DNA of 64,000 nt from Diplonema japonicum (GCA_964019335.1 OZ025713.1:372001-436000); one strand, 5' to 3'. Positions 22,887-34,934 are shown, numbered from the stretch's first letter. Translations and numbers: made by a program. Notes: generated by a model not told the origin, from the sequence alone.

Positions 22887-23343
22887 CTTGTTCCTTCCCA
22901 GAGCATTGCTCTTTTCTTTCGTTTCCCTCTATATAAAACTGTCGGGTTGGGGGTTTTATTTTATTTTACTGCGGTAAAGAAAAAGAAAATAATAGGAGTC
23001 GGTTTACATAAAACCCAATAAAGGGGAGGGAGAGACAAAGCAGAGAAGAGTGTAACACCGCGCTTCATATCTCCACAGATCAAAGCTACACATTGGGGGT
23101 TTTCAAGAAAAAGAGAAAGAGAAGAAGAAGAAAAAAGAAAACCCACATGACAATGCTCTGGGTCTTCTAGAAGTACGATAGTCAAAAAAAAGCGTGGTAG
23201 GTGGAAAACCAGGACAGTAGAGAAGGGGGAAGGGGGTACGTGAATAAAAAGTATAACGTCCTCAATACAACCGCCAAACGCTTCGACATTGCTTCTCTTT
23301 TCTTCTTTGCTTTATTTATTTTTTTTATTTTTTTTTAATCCGT

Positions 23344-24591
23344 TCAGCATATTGTACAGCGAATTCTCTTTTTCTTTGCCTTGGTTTTCGGCAGGGGGGG
23401 ACCAATTTCCGCACGTCGCCTGACGAAGGGGACCCGCCTTTCCTCAGGCACAGCGGTGCCTCCCAGGAAATTAACATCAACATGCTGCAAGTTCACCAAA
23501 CCAGTTACATCAACACAGCGCAGCGCACTACAGTCCGCGGCGAAGTCCGTACCTATGGTAATGACACTGCTGAGGGGGGCTAGATCGAGCGCAGTGAGCG
23601 ACGTGTTGTGGGAGAGGAAGGAATCCTCGATGGACATGAGGCACCCCAAGGGCGACAGGTCAAGCGAAGCCAGCGCTGTGCATCGCGACATGAAACGGTA
23701 GCCCACAGACCGCACGCGACACAAAGGGGCAAGATCCACAGTGGTCAACCCTTCACACCCACACAGAAAGAAACTCTCCACAGCGTCTAACCTTGTGAAC
23801 ACTGAGAGGTCGATCTCCCGCAACCCCGAACACTGATAAAGAAACGAGAACCCAATCGAGGAAACGGAGCTCAGCGGGGACAAGTCGACGGTGGTGAGGC
23901 CCTTGCATCCTGCAAGAAACGAAAATTCTATAGTGGTCAGGCCCTTCAAGCCAGAGAGGTCAATAGAGGAAAGCGACTCGCAGCCCTCTAGAAACCCTCC
24001 CCTGACACAGCGCAGATCTTCTTCAGTGTCACACAACATAATCTGTTGAAGGGCCTCACACTGTGCTAGGAAGTGCTGCCCGATGGCGCGGAGGTGGCGG
24101 AGGTTGGAGATATCAACAGTTATTAGGGTGGTACAACCCCGCAAGAAGCCATGCTCGATACATGTGACACAGCCGGTGGGGGCAGTGACCTTAAGATGCC
24201 GTAGACCTTGAGGGAGATGGAACTTTTCTAGCTGCAGGCGTACGGCTGTTGAGGCGTCGATGACTAGCACCATGTCGGGGTCGATCGTCAGCTGCTTTTC
24301 TATGCTGTCTAGCTGGCCTGCCAGTTCCCTTAGCAACACCTTTCGTGTCCGGTTTCCTTCTTGCATAATAACTTCACACCCATCCCCTAGGCACGTCCGC
24401 CATATGGGCTCGCTCTCCTCTCCCCCTCCTGCTTTGAGCAGTGTTTCTTGGTGGTATAGCAAGAAGGCATCTTCTTGAACGTGAACCGCAATTGCTGTTT
24501 TTTTATACAGATCTTTAACTGTGTTGCTCCCTTCAATGTCTACATCGTGTGCTGTCCCATCGGGTGTCTTGATGAAGACAGTGATGCTCAT
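23344..24591 (-). CDS. Ubiquitin-like domain + BspA/TpLRR-type LRR protein with polybasic CaaX C-terminus
   Basis: MSITVFIKTPDG..TVKDL..L.HQ..LL..LGDGCEV (Ubl); 25-aa LxxxDLSxLxxLxxIxxxFLxxC repeats; ends KTKAKKKRIRCTIC. Start trimmed to ATG 24591. Confidence 0.85.
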   Translation of the reverse strand: MSITVFIKTPDGTAHDVDIEGSNTVKDLYKKTAIAVHVQEDAFLLYHQETLLKAGGGEESEPIWRTCLGDGCEVIMQEGNRTRKVLLRELAGQLDSIEKQLTIDPDMVLVIDASTAVRLQLEKFHLPQGLRHLKVTAPTGCVTCIEHGFLRGCTTLITVDISNLRHLRAIGQHFLAQCEALQQIMLCDTEEDLRCVRGGFLEGCESLSSIDLSGLKGLTTIEFSFLAGCKGLTTVDLSPLSSVSSIGFSFLYQCSGLREIDLSVFTRLDAVESFFLCGCEGLTTVDLAPLCRVRSVGYRFMSRCTALASLDLSPLGCLMSIEDSFLSHNTSLTALDLAPLSSVITIGTDFAADCSALRCVDVTGLVNLQHVDVNFLGGTAVPEERRVPFVRRRAEIGPPLPKTKAKKKRIRCTIC

Positions 24592-24709
24592 TGGGCTGTG
24601 GGGTCTTGTGTGGTCTTGCGTGTTTAAAAAGAAGAAGAAGGAGAAGAGAAGAAGAAAGAGGGGGGGGGGGGGGGGGGGGGATCGTAAATAATCGACGGTT
24701 TTTTGTGTT

Positions 24710-24742
<33 letters not shown>

Positions 24743-25364
24743 CACCGTTGTCTTTTCAAAGGCTTACGACTTTTCTTTTTTTTTTTTTCTTCTCCTTTTT
24801 TTCCCCCCCACCATGGGTGGTATAAGAAAGAAAATGGAGAAAAAGAACAGGGGGAAAAAAAAAAGAATTCAGCTTACAGACTTTGGCGAGGAGGGGAAGA
24901 TTTTGAAGCTACACATTCAGTGCCTTTAGTCCATTTTTTTTTTTTTTTTTTCCGGGCCTCTAAAAAAGGTAAATGGACGAAGCACACAGCACACACGACA
25001 TATCAATACCATAACGTTACTTTTTTTTTTTTTTTTTTTTTTTTTCTGGGTATCGCAAGTGCCCAGGCCACTTTTTGACCTAATTAAAAACCAGGATAAA
25101 TTGGTCGGTACACCGCATATGCTATGTACCGGGGGAACCCCCCCAGTGCACGTGAGAGATAGAGAGAAAGGGAGAGAGAGGGGGGAAACAAACCAGATAA
25201 GGGGAGAGACACAGGAAGAATACACTCTCGTAGCCACAACCGAGAAATATGGAGCGGCTTGTAACACATAAAAAAAAGGAGAATAAGTGGAAAGCACATA
25301 ACTATTTTTTTTTTTTTTTGTCCTCCCACTTTTCTTTTTTCTCTTTTTTCTTTTTTTTTTTTTC

Positions 25365-26702
25365 CTAAGCAAAATCTGCATTCGCCTGCAAAACAGGATC
25401 AGCCATCTTACCCTTACTTTGTTTCTCTTTACTGAAATAGTCAAAAACAACGGTCAAGCCGAAGGCGAACACGGAGCTGATCAAGGTAACAAGCCAAGTA
25501 TCATGGTAGCACGCGTCCCCCGAGCAGGACCCTGAACCAGACGTGTGGGAGTTGTACACAGAGGCCTGGTAAGGCTGGAAAATCCAAGGCCCCACTGCAG
25601 AGGCACAAATAAGAACACCCCAGTTAAGCCCGAAGGACATCTCACCAAATTCAGATGAGGTCAGAATAGGCACGACGCACCACTGCCCTCCGAAGGACAT
25701 CCCAGTCAGTGCTGCGGATGCAATGATCGCACTTTCGAAAGCGAAGAAAAGCAAGACCTGTGCGATGACGAGGAACAGCATCACAACAACCAACAGCAGA
25801 GAGACACGGTAGCCCTTGTGCACGAAGGCTGACGAGGCGGCTCCTAATAGAAATCGGAAACTCCCTCCTGAGATGCTTGCCACAAGAGGGATGGACGTAC
25901 TTAACGAGCTCCCCCCTGAAGGGTGTATCGCAGTAGCAATGTCGCCAGCGTTGTTCACAAGCTGCAAGGCGGTGCCTTGGCCTATCATGAACAGCACAAA
26001 CAGCAACCAGTATGATAGTGATTTCAACGCAGCGTACCTAGAAGCCTCCCTGTGCCCTGCCCCGCCGGAAAGGGAGCTCTCCTTCTCCGCACCGTCGTTC
26101 ACAAGCGCTGCCTGTTCCTCGTCTTCAGCATCGTGCTCCGGTCGCTTCAAGACAGCACACCCCAACACGCTCACCGTGATTATGCTGCAAGCACATGTCA
26201 CCATGAATGCCGAGACAGACATCCCACTTGCTGAGTATATTAACGTGTAGATACCAGCGGAGAAGCCAAACACACAGTCAAGAAGGCCTATCGTCACCCC
26301 GTGAAGGTTCTTCGGGAAGCTTTGGTAGCTTGTTAAGGCTGCCATGTACAGGAAGGTGGAGCCTTGCCCCACACCAGCCATTTCCATGGCGATTGCCCAC
26401 CATGAGTCCTGCACCTTGTGCTGGATGGACAGAGTGAGGAGGAGAAACGACAGCCCGCTGATAAGGCCCCCTATGACGCAGCATAGCTTCGGGCCGCCAA
26501 AGTCTGAAGCCATACCCACAAAGGCGGCAAAGCAGAACCCGACATTTCCTATGGTGATGATGCGGCTGCTTTGTTCATCGTCGAGGTTGCACTCGCTTTT
26601 CAAATCGTCGCTGAAAGCACCGTAAGCGTACAGCACACCGGACACCGACATCATGAGCAAAGACACACACAACCTTATCAGTGACTGGGCGGTCACTTCC
26701 AT
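25365..26702 (-). CDS. MFS transporter, Nodulin-like/MCH1 (SLC16-related) family
   Basis: About 12 TM helices; GVLYAYGAFS..LK, GMASDFGGP, FGGQW..SEFG..FGLNWG, C.GDACY motifs. ATG at 26702. Confidence 0.9.
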   Translation of the reverse strand: MEVTAQSLIRLCVSLLMMSVSGVLYAYGAFSDDLKSECNLDDEQSSRIITIGNVGFCFAAFVGMASDFGGPKLCCVIGGLISGLSFLLLTLSIQHKVQDSWWAIAMEMAGVGQGSTFLYMAALTSYQSFPKNLHGVTIGLLDCVFGFSAGIYTLIYSASGMSVSAFMVTCACSIITVSVLGCAVLKRPEHDAEDEEQAALVNDGAEKESSLSGGAGHREASRYAALKSLSYWLLFVLFMIGQGTALQLVNNAGDIATAIHPSGGSSLSTSIPLVASISGGSFRFLLGAASSAFVHKGYRVSLLLVVVMLFLVIAQVLLFFAFESAIIASAALTGMSFGGQWCVVPILTSSEFGEMSFGLNWGVLICASAVGPWIFQPYQASVYNSHTSGSGSCSGDACYHDTWLVTLISSVFAFGLTVVFDYFSKEKQSKGKMADPVLQANADFA

Positions 26703-28757
26703 TTTTTTTTTTTCTCCTGAAAACCCCCTTGTTGTTAAGGAGTGGCGGGACAAGCACTGTAAACCGGAAGGAGGGGGAGAAAAGAAGAAGGGAAAAAAAA
26801 AGGGTTCTAGCATTTTTTTTTTTCCTTCTTTTTTATGTCAAAAAATGGGATATGTGGGGGTGGGGGGGTGAGAAAAAAAGAGTGTCAACGCGAGAAACAT
26901 CAAAAATCTTTTTTTCTTACAATGGAAACTTCTTCGGTTTGCAGGGCCCATGAAAAAACAAAAAAAAAAAAATTGAAAACAAAAGGGATGAGTTAGCTCT
27001 CCAAACAAACAAGTTTGGAGAGAGGAAAGGAAAGGACGGGGATGACCTTTGAAAGTGCTTTTTTTTTTCTTCTTTTTTGTTGTGTTGTTCTATGAAATTG
27101 GTCGCTTTCGTTCCTTTTTTTTTTTTTTTTTTTTTTTTCTTTTATATTTTTATGTTTGATCGAGAAGAGAAATTCCTTTTTATTAGGATAAAAAGAAGTG
27201 TGTGCAAAGACTACCAACATGAGAAACCCAAGAGGGGATGATTTAAAAAAAAAAAAATAATAATAAAATAAAATAAAATAAATAAAAAGAAATCCCCAAA
27301 AGGGGGGCCCTGTCTTCAGGGCCCATCTCTACTTATGGCTTGTCCCACACACACAGGAAGGAAAACAAAGGAGAGAAAGAAGAGTGGAAAAGAAAAAGGA
27401 GGGGGGAGGGAGGACTATAACGCCCCCCTCCCGGATCAAATTGTACAATATGAGGCTGTCCAAATGCCATCGAAGGCGGTGTGGCACCAGATCACTTCCC
27501 TTGCTGCTGACTACCATAACCACTAGCCAACGATACTTCGATTCGCCTATAAAGGACAATGTATTTGTTAATGTAGTTGGGGAGGGGAGGGGGGGTGGCC
27601 ACAAAGGGTCTTAAACCTTGCCCTTTAGCCTTGGTTGCGTTCCTTTGTTCTGGTTCGATTTTCAATTGAATTCAAGGGGGGGGAGGGGGACTTCTTTTTT
27701 TTTTTTTGGCAGTGGACTTCAAAGAAGAAAAAAAAAACTAAACTCGTACTGCGGAATTAAGTAAAATTGAGGGGGGGGGGGGGTAAAATAAAAACCACAA
27801 GTATTTCAGTCCAATGTACTTTCTGTCCCGAGTGATCGAAAGTTCATTATTTGTTATGGTTTTTTTTTTTTTTTTTTTCTTTTTTTTCTTTTTTTTTTCT
27901 TTCTTTTTTTTTCTCACTGTTTCTAAGGTAAAAAAAAAAGAAAAGGAAATAAAATTAAAATAAAAAAGAAGAAGAAGAAAAGGGGGGGAAGGGTTTAAAA
28001 AGAGAAAAGAATATATGAGATAAAATGATGTCTTTGTGAGACGCCCCCATTGAAGAAAAGTGAAGGAAGGGCATGACAGAAGAACTAAAAAAGATTTTTT
28101 TTTTCTGTTTTCCAGCTAAAGAAAAACTGCTGTTTACAGCACCGAACTAAGAGAAGAAATCTGCAAAGTCCAGCACAATTAGGTAAATAGTGTACACGTT
28201 CGCCTGGCTGGCTACACATGTTCTCTCAGCGTTCTTTTTTATTTTCTCTTTTTTTTTCACAAAAACCGCTTTTCGTCGTGGGGGGGGGGGGGGGGGGGGA
28301 GGTAATTATGGTGTTCATTTTTTTTTCTTTTTTCATCTTTTCTTCCCCCTTCTTTCATTTCACCCGTGGCACATGGTCCAACAGCCAAAACAAAAGGGGT
28401 TGAAAGGTCAAGACAGTGTCCTTTTCCTTTTCCTTTCTTCCTTCACCCATTACCGCTTAGAAAGTGGGGAAATTAAAATTGTATAAATAGGGGGGAAAAA
28501 AAAGGGGGGGGTTGCCAAAAGAGAGGGAACTAAGCACCTTCTCACCAACAAAACTTCGACCTCCCAAGCAGGCTGGGACAGGAAGGGAATAGATAGACGG
28601 GTAGCTTCAGCAGACACGTGCCACGAGCAGGCCGAGGCGGGGGACATCACAGGTGGCGCACGCCTGCAGCACTGCCTGAGCGGTGCAAATGAGCAGGAGC
28701 GTGGGCATAATGAGAATTTAAAGGAAAAGGTAAGAAAATAACGAGACCAGACAAGCT

Positions 28758-31574
28758 CTACACCCCATAGACAGAGTTCATGAGCTGCCCCCCGCAGGTC
28801 TGGGATGTGTCGCCCTTGCAGGGGAGGCGGCATTCACTGCTGGGTGCCTTCTGGGTGGGTGCTTCGATCCCACACCAGCACTGTGTCCCTGCCTGCAGGC
28901 CTGCGTACCTGTACCCCCTGTGCTTGCACGCCGCTGTGCACTCCTCCACCGTGTTCCCCCTGCTCACGTAGGCAAGCACAGGGAGCGACCGCTTCTCCCC
29001 ATCGCGGAAGCACCCTTGGTACGTTGCCTTGGGGTACGTCTCAGCCCCCCCGTCCAGGCGGTACACGCTGTGCTTGAGGGCACCGCCGCAGAAGGGTGAA
29101 GCGTCCCCAGCACACAGCACTTTGCAATGAGACCCCACTGTGCGGAGAGACTTGCTGATGTCCTGCCCGCACCAGCACTCGTCCCCTGCCTGCAGGCCTG
29201 CGTACTTGTAGTTGTTGTGCTTGCACACTGCAGCGCACTCCCCCACGGTGGTCCACTGCGAGCGGTATGCGAAGTCCATCTTCCTGTCTGCTACGCTGTC
29301 TTGGAAGCACCCCACAGGCACCGCTTCTGTTGTCGCTGGCTTCGACCCATCCAACACGTAGATGCTGCTCCTGAAGGCACCGCCACAGCTCTGCTCCGCG
29401 TCTCCACTGCAGGGCATCTGACACGTGGCTGCTGTCGTGCGGACGGACTTGCTGATGTCCTGCCCGCACCAGCACTCTTCACCTGCCTGCAAGCCTGCGT
29501 ACTTGTAGCCGTTGCGTCTGCACACTGAAGTACACTCCTTCACGGTGGTCCCACTGCCACTGTAGGTGTGCTCAAGCTTCCTATCCGCAGCGTCGTCCTC
29601 GAAGCATCCAACAAGCTCAGGTGTCGCGTGGGCGGGCATGGGGTAAGGCTCAGAAGTTGGAGCGTCGGCTGGCACAGGAGTAGGACGTGGGGTCGGTACA
29701 GGGGTAGGCTCAGGGGTGGGTGCTGGAATGGCGGGCTCCTCAGAGGTGTCGTCAGTGACAGGAGCACCGTCCACTTCAATGCCACATGACCAGCGCACAC
29801 GGAAGCCGTTCGCCCTGGAAGAGTGGTCGCTGGTGAAGATGATCTTCAAGGGGCCCTCCAGGCTGCTTGGCGTAACAAGCTCGCGCAGTGTGTATACCCC
29901 GTGGGGGTGGTGCACACGGACGAAGTCGTAGTCTTCCTCGACATCGTAGGCTTGCCACGAGAAGTACACCCTGTCATCACAGTTCAGCGGCCACTCGACG
30001 TGCGCATTGTTGGGGTACTGCCCACCATGCGCAGGGTATGCAATAAGGCCCTCGGAGCCCGTGGGGATAGAGGCGGCAACAGGTGGTGAAGGGGGTGCCA
30101 GTGTGTCGTCAATAGGTGCTGCATCAATGGGTGCAGCATCGATGGGTGCGGCATCAATGGGTGCTGCATCACTGGGCGTGGCATCACTGGGCGCTACATT
30201 GTCTGTTGGCATCATGTCAATGGGGGCAGAGATGTCAGCTGGAGCGGCCTCGTCAACAGGGGGCACCGCATCAAAGGGTGCATCGCCCCCCTTGCCTGCT
30301 TCGTCCACTGCAGCGCCACACGCCCATCGCACGCGGAAGCCGTTCCCGGTGACAAAGCGGTCACTGGCGAAAACGATAGTGAGAGGTCCCTGCAGACTGG
30401 TGGGTGTGCTCTGTGCATCCACAACATTGGTGCCATAACCATGGTGCACGGTCACAGTCACATCGATGAGGTCCCATGCCAGGTTCACAAGCTCAAAGCA
30501 GTCGATGGTCCACTCCTTGCGAGCGTTGTTTGGGTACTGCCCACCGTGTGCACGGTACACCACGGTGCCCCGCTCCCCCATAGAGGTGATGTCATCAGAT
30601 GCACGGGGCACATCGCCGGGTGAGACCTCCTCCACAGGGACAACAGAGTCGACAGGTGCGTCGCTGTCCGTCTCCACCTCAGTGCCACATGCCCAGCGCA
30701 CACGGAACCCGGTTTTTGTAACAGTGCCGTCGCTTGTGAAGACGATTGTCAGGGGCCCCTGCAGGCTGGCGCGTGGGGACGAGAGTGTCGGAGTGAAGCT
30801 CCCTTGTCTGTGGTGTACCTGCACGTGGTCGTAGCCCTCCTCCACGTCTAGGTGATCCCATGCGAGGTTCACAGTCTCATGACAGTCAACCGTCCATTCC
30901 TTGAAAACGTTGTTTGGGTACTGCCCACCATGAGCTGGGTATACAAACGTGCCCATAGTAGCCGACTCCACTGTGCCGTCGGTAGGTGCGCTGTCGTCGG
31001 TAGGAGCTGTGCCGTCCACGGGTGCCGTGCTGTCCACAGGAGCTGTGCTATCGGAGGGCCCTGTGCTATCGGAGGGCCCTGTGCTATCGGAGGGCCCTGT
31101 GCTATCGGAGGGCCCTGTGCTATCGGAGGGCCCTGTGCTATCGGAGGGTGCTGCGCTGTCTATCGGCGTCTTGGGGGAGGAAGTGCTTTGGTGCACTTCC
31201 CCCATCTCCTCACCACACGACCACCGCATACGGAAGCCAGACTGCTCCACAGACTGGTCGCTGGTGAAAACAATTGTGAGAGGCCCTTGCAACCTGCTAG
31301 GGGACGTCGTAGGTGTCAGCGTGTACGTGCCGTACCCGTGGTGCACCTGCACAACATCGTAGCCGTCCTCTATGTCGTAGTGGTCCCACGTGAGGTACAC
31401 AGGCTCATAGCACTCCACAGACCATTCCTCATGTGCGTTGCTGGGGTACTCCCCATACTCCGGGAACACCACACTGCCCGTGGTTCCGATGCGCACAGCA
31501 CCATCTGCAGGCGCCTCGTCATCAGCAGGCGCGAGAGCGCACAGCATGCTAGCTGTGAGTAGTGTGAACAGCAT
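28758..31574 (-). CDS. Secreted protein with 4 CUB-like and 3 WSC domains
   Basis: Signal peptide; YPNN..W..D.E..YD.V..FTSD.S...GF x4; GCF.D...R.L..T...C...C....Y.YAGLQAG.ECWCG x3; 18-bp PSDSTG tandem repeat at ~31040-31148. Confidence 0.92.
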   Translation of the reverse strand: MLFTLLTASMLCALAPADDEAPADGAVRIGTTGSVVFPEYGEYPSNAHEEWSVECYEPVYLTWDHYDIEDGYDVVQVHHGYGTYTLTPTTSPSRLQGPLTIVFTSDQSVEQSGFRMRWSCGEEMGEVHQSTSSPKTPIDSAAPSDSTGPSDSTGPSDSTGPSDSTGPSDSTGPSDSTAPVDSTAPVDGTAPTDDSAPTDGTVESATMGTFVYPAHGGQYPNNVFKEWTVDCHETVNLAWDHLDVEEGYDHVQVHHRQGSFTPTLSSPRASLQGPLTIVFTSDGTVTKTGFRVRWACGTEVETDSDAPVDSVVPVEEVSPGDVPRASDDITSMGERGTVVYRAHGGQYPNNARKEWTIDCFELVNLAWDLIDVTVTVHHGYGTNVVDAQSTPTSLQGPLTIVFASDRFVTGNGFRVRWACGAAVDEAGKGGDAPFDAVPPVDEAAPADISAPIDMMPTDNVAPSDATPSDAAPIDAAPIDAAPIDAAPIDDTLAPPSPPVAASIPTGSEGLIAYPAHGGQYPNNAHVEWPLNCDDRVYFSWQAYDVEEDYDFVRVHHPHGVYTLRELVTPSSLEGPLKIIFTSDHSSRANGFRVRWSCGIEVDGAPVTDDTSEEPAIPAPTPEPTPVPTPRPTPVPADAPTSEPYPMPAHATPELVGCFEDDAADRKLEHTYSGSGTTVKECTSVCRRNGYKYAGLQAGEECWCGQDISKSVRTTAATCQMPCSGDAEQSCGGAFRSSIYVLDGSKPATTEAVPVGCFQDSVADRKMDFAYRSQWTTVGECAAVCKHNNYKYAGLQAGDECWCGQDISKSLRTVGSHCKVLCAGDASPFCGGALKHSVYRLDGGAETYPKATYQGCFRDGEKRSLPVLAYVSRGNTVEECTAACKHRGYRYAGLQAGTQCWCGIEAPTQKAPSSECRLPCKGDTSQTCGGQLMNSVYGV

Positions 31575-31919
31575 CTTTACTCTGTTCTCAAGAACCTTTG
31601 TTTGTGGTGATCGATGGTACTGGAAAAGGGAAAGAAAGGAATAAAGAACAGGAGAGGGGGGAAAAAAAAGGAAAGGGGGCAGGGTGCGCTGTAAAGCACA
31701 GCGAAACGTTAACCGTCAGATAGCTTATATGCCACCCTACGGCCATCTTGATGACAGTGCTCTCTGGTGCTTCACTAGTAGCTTGCTAGAGAGAGATGAT
31801 ACCAGAAAAAAGGGGGGCAAAGACAGGGGCGTTGAAGGGGGAAGAAAGAAGTGTAAGAGGCCCCAGAGAGACCATGAAGCGAGGCGATCCCCAAGTGAGC
31901 TTGTGCTAGCTAGATCTTT

Positions 31920-31958
<39 letters not shown>

Positions 31959-32795
31959 TAATTGTGCTCGAGCTGGGCAAAGAGGCATAGAAAAGGCTAT
32001 TCTGGCGCTGGTGTTTGTAGCGGGTCTTACAACTGTGAAGTATTGTGTTTAGTCCAAAGAAACTTATCCTGTGTGAAGTCAACCCACCATGATGGCAATG
32101 TAGTAAAATGGGCAAAAGTGAAGTCGGTTTTAAAGGGGGGGGGGGGGGGGGGGGGGTGAACAGCTAGCACAGCTTTTAAGGGAGTCAAATACAACAGATA
32201 GGAAGAGAGAGAGAGAGAGGGAGAGAGGGAAGTAGCGTGCAGTCAGGCTATTTTTTTTTAAAGAAAAAGAACGAAAAACGAGAAGAAAGAAGAAACTGGT
32301 TAACATGCATCGAGGAGAGGGAATAGATGATAATTATCCTTATGCGGCCAAACTCCTCCACGGTGTTCTCATGGCCGATTTGCTGGCAGGACATGGTGGG
32401 AGGAATTGTTGGACACCTGCCTCATGAAGCAAAATAAAACACCCACTTCACTTCACTTCACTTCACTTTGCTTCGCGAATTTAATGCCCTCCACAGCAGT
32501 GTTCGAAGATCTCGTGAAAACTAATTAGGCAGTTAGTTAGAACCGACCCTCAAATTTCCCCTAAACTGCCCTAATCCAACTTTTTCCGAACACTGCTCCC
32601 AGGGTTAAAATGCAACAAAAGAAAATAATAAAACTGGGGTTTCGTCGTTGATTTTTTTTTTTTTTTTTTTTTTTTTCTCTTCGCTTCGGAGCAAGACGAG
32701 AGGGATATCAAAGAAAAGAAGAAGAAGAAGAAGAAAAAAATAATTACCCAAAGTTGCAATTAAAAAAAAAAAAAAAAAAAAAGAGAGAAAAAAAA

Positions 32796-33062
32796 GATGT
32801 CTTTGAGGGAACCTGCAGTATGTGACAGGATCGCCTAACGACAATCAACTCATCTAGTGTTTGATCCCTTCTGTCGTGGTAGTGCCTTAGGCCCGTCGTA
32901 GTATCTTTTCAGCAGCTTGGGCGTGAAACCAACTAGCGAGTTGTTGAGGATGCAATGCGTTCGTAACTGTTCCTCTAGGATAGGGTGGGTGACCTTCGGG
33001 GATGCGAAGACCGGTCGAGTGGAGTACCCAGTGATGGGTTGGCTGTGGAGCCCTAGGGTATG
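32796..33062 (-). mobile_element. Diverged 3'-end fragment of the non-LTR retroelement at 37221-38870
   Basis: Colinear similarity with 37221-37480 (g.acctgc.gtatgtg.cagga.gcct...gtgg..tg.cctt.ggccc). Confidence 0.6.
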
Positions 33063-33272
33063 CAAAGAGTGTACTGATTTCTAAAAAAAAAAAAAAAAAA
33101 AAAAAAGAAAAAGAGGAACTGGCCGTTGTTTAAAGTTGCAATTAAAAGAAAAAAAAAAAGAAAATAAAGGAAGAGACATTTAAAAAAAAGGGGGGGGGGG
33201 TGAAAGGCAATGCGGTTTATTTGCTTTTTTGTTCCCTTCTTTATTTCTCTAGGCTTATGAACAGGCCTCTCA

Positions 33273-34934
33273 CTAAGAGTCGTACTCAGGTGCACTATCA
33301 ACCTGGTCACCACACGACCACCTCACGCGGAAGCCGCTCCTCTGCACGGTGTTATCGCTAGTGAAGACAATAACAAGCGGCCCTGACAAGCTCTCGGGCA
33401 TCTCGCTGTTCGTGAGGATGAAGATGCCATGAGGGTGGTGCACCTGCACAAAATCGAAGCCCGCCTCAACGTCGTAGGCCTCCCACACAAAGTAGACGAT
33501 GGCGGGGCAGTTGATGAACCATGTCGCACGTGCGTTTTTTGGGTACACTCCTTCTGCAGGGTAGACAATGGTCCCTCCAGTCCCTACAGGAACAGGTGGA
33601 GGCACCACTTCAGACGGTGGGTCAGCAAGGTCGGAAGGAGGTTCACCCGAAGGGACCACACCACACCCCCACAACACTTTGAACCCACTCCTTTGGATGC
33701 TGTGATCGCTCGTGAACTGCACTGTGACAGGTCCCCTCAGCATATTCGGGAAGACCTCATCCGTCAAACTGAAGGTCCCGTTCTCATGACGCACCGAAAC
33801 GAAGTCGAACCCTTGCTCCACCTCATAACGCAGCCACAGAAAGTACACTGTTGCGTTGCAGTTGATCAGCCACTCTAGTTCTTCGTTGGTTCCATACTGC
33901 CCTCCGCCTGTAGGGTGCTCCACGACACCTTCTTCACCCACCGAGACCACCTCCACAGGAGGGGGTGTTGGAAGGACCCCACACCCCCACCGCACGTGGA
34001 AGCCCTCCTTCTCAACAGTACCGTCACTGACGAACTCTATGTTCAGAGGGCCGCTTAGGTTGCTGGGCAGGAAGGCACGCTCCACGCTGAGGGACCCGTT
34101 GGCATGGTGAACGGTCACAACGTCGAAGGCATCCTCAATGTCAAAGAGCTCCCATACAAAGTACACCGTTTCATGGCAGTTTATCAACCACGTCTCGCGT
34201 GCGTGCTTTGGATAGGGCCCGCCGCCTGCAGGGTAGACAATGGTACCTTCGGTGCCGGGAGGGAGGGGCTCACGGTCGACCCCACACCCCCACCACACGC
34301 GGAAGCCAGTCCCTGCCACGTCATTGTTGCTGGTGAAGATGAAGACGACGGGTCCTAACAAATTGTCGGGAAGGTTAAAGGATGTTAAGATGAGCGAGCC
34401 ATCCGGCCAGAAGGCTATCAAGGAGTCGAAGCTCAAGTCGATGTCATAGTGCTCCCACGAGAAGTACACGGTGTCCGTGCAGTTGATGACCCACACGAAG
34501 CGTGCGTTGTTGGGGTACTGCCCACCATGTGCAGGGAAGTCAATGACGTCCTCCGTCCCGACAGGCACGAAGACGCCAATGGGCGAGGGGGGTTCTACAC
34601 CGCAACCCCAGCGCATGGTGAAGCCCGTGCCTCTTATAGCTTCATTGCTGGTGAAGACGATCGTTATAGGGCCCTGCAGAATGGTGGGTTCGCTTGTAGA
34701 AGCGACCGTAATGGACAGCATGCCGCCGGTGTGGCTCACCGTCAGAAGATCGCCGACTTCGATGTCAAAGTGGTCCCACGCCATGGTCACGGTGTCCTCA
34801 CAGTCGATGGCCCACGTCATGCGTGCGTTGTTCGGGTACTCCTCACCTGGTGTCGGGTACACAATATACCCTGTCTCCCCCAACTGCACTGTCGCCATTG
34901 AAAAGCACAGTGCGGCGGTTATGAGGGCGTGCAT
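33273..34934 (-). CDS. Secreted protein with 5 tandem CUB-like domains (paralogue of 28758-31574)
   Basis: Signal peptide MHALITAALCFS; five YP.N..W.INC..W..YD.E..FD..FTSD..GF.VRWGCG units. ATG at 34934. Confidence 0.9.
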   Translation of the reverse strand: MHALITAALCFSMATVQLGETGYIVYPTPGEEYPNNARMTWAIDCEDTVTMAWDHFDIEVGDLLTVSHTGGMLSITVASTSEPTILQGPITIVFTSNEAIRGTGFTMRWGCGVEPPSPIGVFVPVGTEDVIDFPAHGGQYPNNARFVWVINCTDTVYFSWEHYDIDLSFDSLIAFWPDGSLILTSFNLPDNLLGPVVFIFTSNNDVAGTGFRVWWGCGVDREPLPPGTEGTIVYPAGGGPYPKHARETWLINCHETVYFVWELFDIEDAFDVVTVHHANGSLSVERAFLPSNLSGPLNIEFVSDGTVEKEGFHVRWGCGVLPTPPPVEVVSVGEEGVVEHPTGGGQYGTNEELEWLINCNATVYFLWLRYEVEQGFDFVSVRHENGTFSLTDEVFPNMLRGPVTVQFTSDHSIQRSGFKVLWGCGVVPSGEPPSDLADPPSEVVPPPVPVGTGGTIVYPAEGVYPKNARATWFINCPAIVYFVWEAYDVEAGFDFVQVHHPHGIFILTNSEMPESLSGPLVIVFTSDNTVQRSGFRVRWSCGDQVDSAPEYDS

